Source: a virus
Taxonomy: Duplodnaviria; Caudoviricetes
Strand: one strand, 5' to 3'
DNA length: 63,934 nucleotides
IMG/VR virus record: IMGVR_UViG_3300048588_000315
Span: 1 to 63,934 of that record
A model generated the notes under the pieces. The model had not been told where the DNA came from, did no database searches, and worked only from the letters and a program-made list of their open reading frames with translations. The position numbers and the translations under genes are program-made. Positions 58,002 through 63,934 of the stretch are shown here, one piece after another (within the stretch, counting starts at the first letter, position 1; each line of letters opens with the position of its first letter).

Positions 58002-58598
58002 CTACTGGACGGACTTGATCCGCCCGAAAATTTCGTTGGCGATGTACTGGAACGAGCCCCGGATCACGGTGATGTCTCGCTTCTCATCGCCACGAGCGAT
58101 GGAAGCGATCAGGTCTTCATGCTGCTTCAGCAGCTTGTGGTATCTGTCCTTGAGAATCCGGTTGTCACCTTCTCGGAACAGCATCCGCCCGTGTCTCTGC
58201 CGGCGCGCAGAACGATTCTTGATGCACTCGTTCAATGGCGTACCGAGAAACGCGAAGACGACTGGCCCGCGATCAGCGAGACGGAGCCATCTCGGCAACG
58301 AGTCGCTGACTGCTCCACCTTCGAACAGAACGATGCGATAGAGATCGCGCAGTTCATCGACAGCTTCATAGATGCGATGGATCGGCCTGATGCCGTCGCA
58401 TCCTCCAGTCGGCCTGTCGTAGCGTCCAACGATGGCGACCTTGCCGTCATCGTCGGCAATGAACGGAACGGCCCATCGCTCCTTCTCCACCTGGAGCAGC
58501 TTCAGTTCGCCTTTGATCACTTCGGCGAGCTCGACCATCATCGTGGTCTTCCCTGCTCCGTTCGTTCCTCTCACGTTGATCACTGTCCCGAGCGTCAT
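58002..58598 (-). CDS. P-loop kinase of the 5-hydroxymethylpyrimidine DNA kinase type
   Basis: INVRGTNGAGKTT, GRY....GGCDGI, LFEG; start at MTLGTV (the longer ORF is a shadow over the GT gene). Confidence 0.75.
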   Translation of the reverse strand: MTLGTVINVRGTNGAGKTTMMVELAEVIKGELKLLQVEKERWAVPFIADDDGKVAIVGRYDRPTGGCDGIRPIHRIYEAVDELRDLYRIVLFEGGAVSDSLPRWLRLADRGPVVFAFLGTPLNECIKNRSARRQRHGRMLFREGDNRILKDRYHKLLKQHEDLIASIARGDEKRDITVIRGSFQYIANEIFGRIKSVQ

Positions 58599-59575
58599 AG
58601 CTTCTCCTTTCCTGTCACTCCGGTCCACAGTTCGCGGACGCGAGCAGCGAGGATCGAAGTGAAATCCTTCTTCCATGCCTGCTGCTCCTGCCGTATCTCC
58701 TCGCTCATCGGCAGAAGCTTCGCAACATCGGCGGCAGACGCGACAGTGTAGCGATCCACGTTGTATCCGGCGGTCTGGAACGTGCCGACGGCCGACCGAT
58801 CGAAGAACAGCGGTACGCCAGCGGAGAGGCACTCGTAGAACCGGTTCGCCGGAGAGTTGTACGTCGAGTGAGTGAACTCGTCTTCGATGTAGATGCTCGC
58901 CTGATAGCTGGCGATCTCGGACAGTGAGAGAAACTTCGGCACGGCGGTGAAGTTGCATCCGGCGTCGCGGAACTTCAGCACAGCGCCATCGGAAGTCGTG
59001 GAGAGCAGCGTCGGGTACAGATCGGAGGAGAAGTAGCGCTTGAAGTACTGGACACGATCCTGACGGAACGCTCCGTAGTAGAACAGGCCCGGGACCGGGT
59101 CCGGCCTCGGCCTCTTCGCCTCCGCCATCTCCGAGAACGTCACCATGTTGAGATCGACATAGTCGATCGGAGGGAGGAGCATGTGACGATAGGTCTTGCG
59201 AGAGGCGAAGTTCGGCGGCATCTTCGGAATGTTCGCCCACGTGAACAGCCTCGGCAGATCGCCCTTCGCTTCGCGCTCGAACAGCGCTGTCCTCAGTTGC
59301 GTCGGCGTGTAGAGCGTGTAGTCATTCATCACGTACACGAAATTCTTGCACTCGTTCACTGCTCCGGCCAGATCATCGAGCCACGTGCAGAAGGCGCTCG
59401 GGCTGTTGACGAGGATGATCGTGTCGATGAAAACATCCTCCATCACCTTCGCCAGTTTGTCCTCAGTGTCGACAAGCGGAAGGTTGAGAGTATGCGAAAG
59501 GAACTTCGCGATACGAGCCGACGCCTGAATGCTCGTATCACTGCACTTCGTCATATGGACTACGATACTGTTCAT
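58595..59575 (-). CDS. GT-B fold glycosyltransferase (DNA beta-glucosyltransferase-like)
   Basis: FYYGAFRQDR and PANRFYECLSAGVPLFFD resemble GT-B C-terminal domain motifs. Confidence 0.7.
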   Translation of the reverse strand: MNSIVVHMTKCSDTSIQASARIAKFLSHTLNLPLVDTEDKLAKVMEDVFIDTIILVNSPSAFCTWLDDLAGAVNECKNFVYVMNDYTLYTPTQLRTALFEREAKGDLPRLFTWANIPKMPPNFASRKTYRHMLLPPIDYVDLNMVTFSEMAEAKRPRPDPVPGLFYYGAFRQDRVQYFKRYFSSDLYPTLLSTTSDGAVLKFRDAGCNFTAVPKFLSLSEIASYQASIYIEDEFTHSTYNSPANRFYECLSAGVPLFFDRSAVGTFQTAGYNVDRYTVASAADVAKLLPMSEEIRQEQQAWKKDFTSILAARVRELWTGVTGKEKL

Positions 59576-59599
59576 GGTTCTCCTTGATGATTGAAGATC

Positions 59600-59647
59600 A
59601 AAACAGTCTCAGCCCGATGCGACAACGAGCCGCATCGGGCTGGACTG
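59600..59647 (-). terminator. Intrinsic terminator
   Basis: Minus strand CAGTC-CAGCCCGATGCG-loop-CGCATCGGGCTG-A-GACTG followed by TTTT. Confidence 0.65.
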
Positions 59648-59660
59648 CTAACTGGTGATG

Positions 59661-60623
59661 TCATGCGTTCGGAGAGCCGACGCCATCGTATTTCTGGCGA
59701 GGCTTGCCTTGACCGAGCCGAACCCGTTCGTACTTGTCGAACTCGCACAGCGAGTGCTCGATCTCGCGCAGCTCGAACGGAGGCCAGATCTCACACTGCG
59801 CATCGAACGAACCGAGTGAGTCCTTGTACTGCCGCCGGTCGGCGATCCGCTTCTTCTTCCACAGATGCGGATGATGCCATCGCACGTTATCCGGCAACTG
59901 ATGGACAGCGGCATGGTTCCACAGCGAGAACATGGAGGACAGCGTCGGCTCCTTGCCGATACGACGCAATCCACGCTTCGCTCCCGGGCCGACGTTCGCC
60001 CACGTGTCAACGTCGCACGGATCGGTGATGAAGATGCTTCGCTGGAACCGCATGTCGCATACCATTTCGTATGCGATGAACGGGCCGACGAAGTGCGTCT
60101 TCCGCAGGGCATGGAACATCGCTTCCATGCTGTTCTCCGTGTGAGCGAGAAGCAGCAGTTCGCCGGATCGCTGAAGCAATTCTCGAACCGAGTTCTTGTA
60201 CGAGATGAACTTCGGTATGCCAGCTTCGCCGCCGGTCATGTGCGCTGAGGTGAAGATCTTATCGCCAGCGCGATACTTGACCTCCAGCGCATCGAGAACT
60301 TCTTTCGCCGTGTAGCAGTACCCTGGAGTCTCGGCGTGTTCGTAGTGGTTGAACAGCCGATACCAACAGATGTTGAACACGTCGAGCATCGGCATGTATC
60401 GCGTGTCCTTCTGTCCACGCTCGAGCATGTCCAGCAGTGCGACGGTTCCCTTGTCGAGCTGACGGAACACGTTTGTGAACTTGTACTGCTGCATGATCTT
60501 GTCCGTGGTCCACGGCCTCGGATTTCCGGCGTCACGCGATTGCCAAATCGCGTGACGCCGACCGATCCACGTGAAGAACCGGCTCACTGTTGAGGAGCCG
60601 TCTTCGAAATCGCGCTTTCCCAT
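59661..60623 (-). CDS. aGPT-Pplase1-like (amino acid:DNA transferase) base-hypermodification enzyme
   Basis: R..IW...PWT.D.I...YKFTNV.R..D.GT, GPFIAYE...D, N.GPGA.RGL, EIEHSLCEFDKY. Confidence 0.88.
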   Translation of the reverse strand: MGKRDFEDGSSTVSRFFTWIGRRHAIWQSRDAGNPRPWTTDKIMQQYKFTNVFRQLDKGTVALLDMLERGQKDTRYMPMLDVFNICWYRLFNHYEHAETPGYCYTAKEVLDALEVKYRAGDKIFTSAHMTGGEAGIPKFISYKNSVRELLQRSGELLLLAHTENSMEAMFHALRKTHFVGPFIAYEMVCDMRFQRSIFITDPCDVDTWANVGPGAKRGLRRIGKEPTLSSMFSLWNHAAVHQLPDNVRWHHPHLWKKKRIADRRQYKDSLGSFDAQCEIWPPFELREIEHSLCEFDKYERVRLGQGKPRQKYDGVGSPNA

Positions 60624-60823
60624 TGCTTCGCCTTTCTGTCCACTTCCTTGAGCAACTCTTCACTGAGCAACTCTTCGCGGTGGACGAGTATGTTTGGATC
60701 GAACTCCGACAGAACGGTCATGTTCTTGCCATTGAACCGGCACGTGAACCGACCGAGGATGTTTCCATCCTTGTCCCGAACGATGATTCGCTGACCTTGT
60801 TTTCGGTGGACTTCAAGCGCCAT
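60584..60823 (-). CDS. CsrA/RsmA-like RNA-binding protein
   Basis: MALEVHRKQGQRIIV ... FDPNILVHREELL aligns with CsrA MLILTRRVGETLMI ... NAPKEVSVHREEIY; AAGGAG RBS. Confidence 0.7.
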   Translation of the reverse strand: MALEVHRKQGQRIIVRDKDGNILGRFTCRFNGKNMTVLSEFDPNILVHREELLSEELLKEVDRKAKQWESAISKTAPQQ

Positions 60824-61718
60824 TGATCTGCTCCTTCTTGCATTCGTTCGGGGTCTTGTCATCACGGAAGCGGATGAAGCGAGGGAACTCCAAACCGCCT
60901 TTCGCGAGGACGGACTGATACTCGACTTCGATCACCTTGCCGAGAACGTCGGCCGACTTGAGATGCCGCCGAAGTTCATCGCTCAGGCCAGTGCCGACGC
61001 GGCCGATGCCGACCAGCTTCTTGCCATCGTACAAGCCGATGCCGAGAGCGCCGAGTTCGCCGAAGTACTTCCCAGTCCCGGGGATGAACTCGGTCACCAC
61101 GACATCGCACGTTGCCCGGACCTTGATGCGATACCATCGATCCCAGTGAGCATCCTTGATCACGATGCCCTCCCACTTGCGATCGAGACAGACCTTCCGC
61201 ACGACCTCGGTCAGCATGGAAGCGATCCCGCGACTGGAGTCCCAGATGGCCCGCTGCTCGTTGATGAACTCATCAACGTAGAAGGCCGGGATGAACGGGA
61301 TCCCCCATTCCTTCATCATGGACTCGACGGCATCGAGATCCCATTCAGTGCGATCGCGTCCGGCCCAGAGCGGATTCGCGAAGACATTGAACGCGACCGT
61401 CTCCGGCGTGTTGATCATCGCCTGAATCACGTTGCTGGCCCGGTCTTCGGTGGTCGCTAGCTCGCCGTCGAGCACTGTGGACTTCGGCAGATCGAGAGCC
61501 ATCTTGTAGATGGCCGGGATCTCCTTCATGCGATCCCAGTAGTCGGTCTTCCCGGCGATCGCGTTGATCGTGCCTCGCTCGTTCTTCACAAGCGTAACGC
61601 GATGACCGTTACGCTTCCGCTGGCCCCATATCACCGACTCGCCTTTATAGTCGGTAGGCTTCGGGCGGTTGATGGCGTACTCAAGAGGCTTCATTGCTTG
61701 CTTTCCAAACGCTGTCAT
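60813..61718 (-). CDS. ATP-dependent DNA ligase
   Basis: KRNGHR (motif I), LDGEL, EGIVIK, RVGTG, FPRF.RFRDDK. Confidence 0.92.
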   Translation of the reverse strand: MTAFGKQAMKPLEYAINRPKPTDYKGESVIWGQRKRNGHRVTLVKNERGTINAIAGKTDYWDRMKEIPAIYKMALDLPKSTVLDGELATTEDRASNVIQAMINTPETVAFNVFANPLWAGRDRTEWDLDAVESMMKEWGIPFIPAFYVDEFINEQRAIWDSSRGIASMLTEVVRKVCLDRKWEGIVIKDAHWDRWYRIKVRATCDVVVTEFIPGTGKYFGELGALGIGLYDGKKLVGIGRVGTGLSDELRRHLKSADVLGKVIEVEYQSVLAKGGLEFPRFIRFRDDKTPNECKKEQINGA

Positions 61719-61776
61719 GATCCTAGCTCCTTACTAGAAAGTGTAACGGATCCTGCCTCACACGAGGACAGGATTC

Positions 61777-63804
61777 TCATTCATCCTCTTCGAGTTCCGA
61801 CTCGACGAGGCGGCTCATCATTTCCCTGATGTCTTGGATCTCCATCGCCATCTTCCGTTTGCCGACAACTCGCTTGCGGATTTCTTCATCGATGGTTCCC
61901 GGCACGGTGAGATCGGTGATGCGAACGTTCCGTCTCGTGCCGCGACGGTGAGCTCGGTCCTCGGCCTGCGAACGCTTGACCGCGCTCCAGTCGCACGACA
62001 TGAAGATTTCATGATCGCAGTACATGTCCGAATCGCTCGGGTTCGCAGGATCGTAGCCGAGCAAGTTCAGGCCCTCAGCCGCCGAAGCCGGATTGCCGAG
62101 GAAGATGGTGACGTCCTTGTCCTGATTGAAGATCCGTGCAGCTTCATGGACTTCCTTCACTCGATACTTCGGGTGAGTGAGAGGATGATAGGACACGTGG
62201 TTGATACCTTCCTTGGCAAGCGCTTCCGACACGACGCGGATGTCTTCCACGAAGTGGCACCAGATGATCCGCTTCGACTTCGGATCGGCTTCCGTGTCTT
62301 CGCGATGGATGTCAAGGATGGCCTGGACCTTCGGGTTTCCGCCGGGGATCTGCTCCACTCGCGGATTGTTCATCGTTGATCCGTCTTCACCATGCTGAGC
62401 ATCCCACCGAACGTGTCCGCTCGTGATCTGCGCCAGTCGCAGCAGTCGCGTCAGCACGTGCTCGGCTGTGATGACCCGTCCTTCAGCGGCTGCTCTCGCC
62501 AGTTCTTCTTCGATGGCCGCGATCATGGCCTCGGCGAGATCGACATACAGCTTTCGCTGCTTCGGTTGCATCGTAACTTCATAGACGTCCCATGTCTTCT
62601 CCGGCAGACCGAGATTCGCTTCGGCCTTCGTGATGGAGAATGAGATGCGAGCCAAGCGCTCCTTGATGAGAGGCACGTTCTGGAGGGCGACCAGCTTCTC
62701 GAATCCGCCTTTCGACTTCTCATAGACGCCATGGAAAGTACGGAACACTTTGTAGCTCATGAACCCGGACAATCCGCTGTCCAGGAACTCAAGCTGCGAC
62801 CAGAGGTCCATCGGGTTGTTCGCGATCGGGGTTCCCGTCAGGATCAAGCGGCGATCGGCGAGATCGCGGATGTTCCGGCTGTTCTTCGAGCGCTTGCTGT
62901 TCGGCGCTTTGATGTAGTGGGACTCGTCAAGGATCATGATGTCCCACGGGATCCGGCTGAAGGCCTCCATCGTATTGTGCAAGGCCTCGTACGAACAGAC
63001 GCAAGCTGAGAACGCACAGTCATCCTCTTGCCGGACAGCTTCCGTCAACCCGCGGATCCGCCTCACCTTTCCACCGCGAATGACCACGACCTTTCCCGGC
63101 ACGGTGGAGAAGCGACCGAACTCGTTCGCCCAGTTCATTCGCACTTGCTTCGGCGCTACGATGAGAGCACGATACATTCCTTTTCCGGCTTGCATCTTCT
63201 GCTGTGCCTCGTAGCCGACGCGAGCGATGGCGATCGGCGTCTTGCCGGTCCCTTGCTGCATGAACAGCGCGAAGTACGACTGCTGTAGCTGACAGAGCAG
63301 CGCGGTTCGCTGATAGCCTGACAGCGGCAGTTCGGGGTGATCGATGAAGTCCTTCGGAAGTTCCGGCACGATGTTATTGATCTTGAAGTTCGCGGCCGTC
63401 ACTGCCGTCTTGTTCTGGCTGAAGAACCGAAGCAGGAGATAGCGGTACAGATTCTTCGCTGCTTCGGTCTTGAAGATCAGCCGATCGGCAGGCCATGCGT
63501 GACGGATCAGGATCGCGGTGAAATCCGTTCCGGCCAGCTTCCACGTGTCGCCATCAAGATGGTCTCGTTCCGGCACTCGCTTGAACCACTTCCTCGCGTC
63601 GTAGGACGGAGTCCAGTTCACCATCTCTCCGTTGCGAACACAGATCGCCGTCGCGATGAACCGAGTACCGTCTTCATCGAGATCGAGCAGCAGTCGATCC
63701 GTGTCAGTCAGGCGAAGCTGCTCCAGCGTGTGACCGGTCGCCCGACTTAGTGGCTCCAACGTGGGGAGCATGCCGAGAAGTTCTAATGCGTTATCGTTTT
63801 CCAT
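61777..63804 (-). CDS. SNF2/DEAD-like helicase, allele B (complete, 675 aa)
   Basis: QGTGKT, ILDESH, LTGTP, EGLNL, QAEDRAHR motifs; start MENDNA after TAAGGAGG. Confidence 0.93.
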   Translation of the reverse strand: MENDNALELLGMLPTLEPLSRATGHTLEQLRLTDTDRLLLDLDEDGTRFIATAICVRNGEMVNWTPSYDARKWFKRVPERDHLDGDTWKLAGTDFTAILIRHAWPADRLIFKTEAAKNLYRYLLLRFFSQNKTAVTAANFKINNIVPELPKDFIDHPELPLSGYQRTALLCQLQQSYFALFMQQGTGKTPIAIARVGYEAQQKMQAGKGMYRALIVAPKQVRMNWANEFGRFSTVPGKVVVIRGGKVRRIRGLTEAVRQEDDCAFSACVCSYEALHNTMEAFSRIPWDIMILDESHYIKAPNSKRSKNSRNIRDLADRRLILTGTPIANNPMDLWSQLEFLDSGLSGFMSYKVFRTFHGVYEKSKGGFEKLVALQNVPLIKERLARISFSITKAEANLGLPEKTWDVYEVTMQPKQRKLYVDLAEAMIAAIEEELARAAAEGRVITAEHVLTRLLRLAQITSGHVRWDAQHGEDGSTMNNPRVEQIPGGNPKVQAILDIHREDTEADPKSKRIIWCHFVEDIRVVSEALAKEGINHVSYHPLTHPKYRVKEVHEAARIFNQDKDVTIFLGNPASAAEGLNLLGYDPANPSDSDMYCDHEIFMSCDWSAVKRSQAEDRAHRRGTRRNVRITDLTVPGTIDEEIRKRVVGKRKMAMEIQDIREMMSRLVESELEEDE

Positions 63805-63934
63805 AGGACGTTGCGCCTCCTTAGCGCTGTTCAGTCGACGGATCGACCTGATCATCGTCGGGGTTGAGGAAGTTAAGATTCGCACTCTTCATCGCCTGTC
63901 GTAGCATGGCGATTTCTTCTTCGTTGAGCTTGCC
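62461..63934. repeat. Diverged terminal direct repeat, copy 2
   Basis: Matches 1-1489; the last 127 bp are identical to 1363-1489. Confidence 0.95.
63821..63934 (-). CDS. 3' end of the 1376-1852 gene (duplicate, partial)
   Basis: Identical to 1376-1489. Confidence 0.85.
   Translation of the reverse strand, partial: GKLNEEEIAMLRQAMKSANLNFLNPDDDQVDPSTEQR

Noticed and set aside
58599-59240. N-terminal 214 aa of the 412-aa ORF 58002-59240
   Set aside because: It overlaps the glycosyltransferase in another frame; the kinase starts at 58598 with its own AAGGAG RBS and ATGA coupling.
106-63750. Numerous long plus-strand ORFs (e.g. 33242-34741, 36285-37535, 42315-43751, 25777-27060)
   Set aside because: They are antisense shadows of high-GC minus-strand genes, with no motifs or RBS.
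1-63934. Integrase, tRNA genes, RNA polymerase, transposase
   Set aside because: No recognisable motifs or cloverleafs were seen by eye; absence is not proven without a search.

Overview
This window looks like an essentially complete, circularly permuted genome (about 62.45 kb unit length) of a high-GC, siphovirus-like tailed phage. Every credible gene is on the minus strand. Its two ends (1-1489 and 62461-63934) are two diverged alleles of one SNF2-type helicase region. In transcription order it carries: a non-coding control region (about 5.9-6.5 kb); small early genes with a repeated structured leader and a hairpin-presented Shine-Dalgarno; helicase; ATP-dependent ligase; a CsrA/RsmA-like protein; a DNA hypermodification cluster (aGPT-Pplase1-like transferase, GT-B glycosyltransferase, P-loop kinase, radical SAM/SPASM, methyltransferase, deoxyribosyltransferase-like, GNAT); many small genes; terminase; an Ig-like repeat protein; portal-gpF fusion; HK97-type head; long tail; and a replication/nucleotide block (SSB-like, primase-MCM fusion, MazG-like, TS-family hydroxymethylase, dNMP kinase, deaminase, Pol A). 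The best candidates for undescribed biology are: (1) a phage CsrA homolog encoded at the end of a gene run whose RBSs sit in covarying UAAGGAG hairpin loops; (2) a four-copy covarying intergenic RNA motif; (3) a twice-present 0.8-1 kb element of 33-bp repeats, microsatellite and a terminal hairpin/RBS; (4) two palindrome-bounded AT-rich elements; (5) an unusual base-modification gene set. All functional calls come from motif recognition by eye; no database searches were run.
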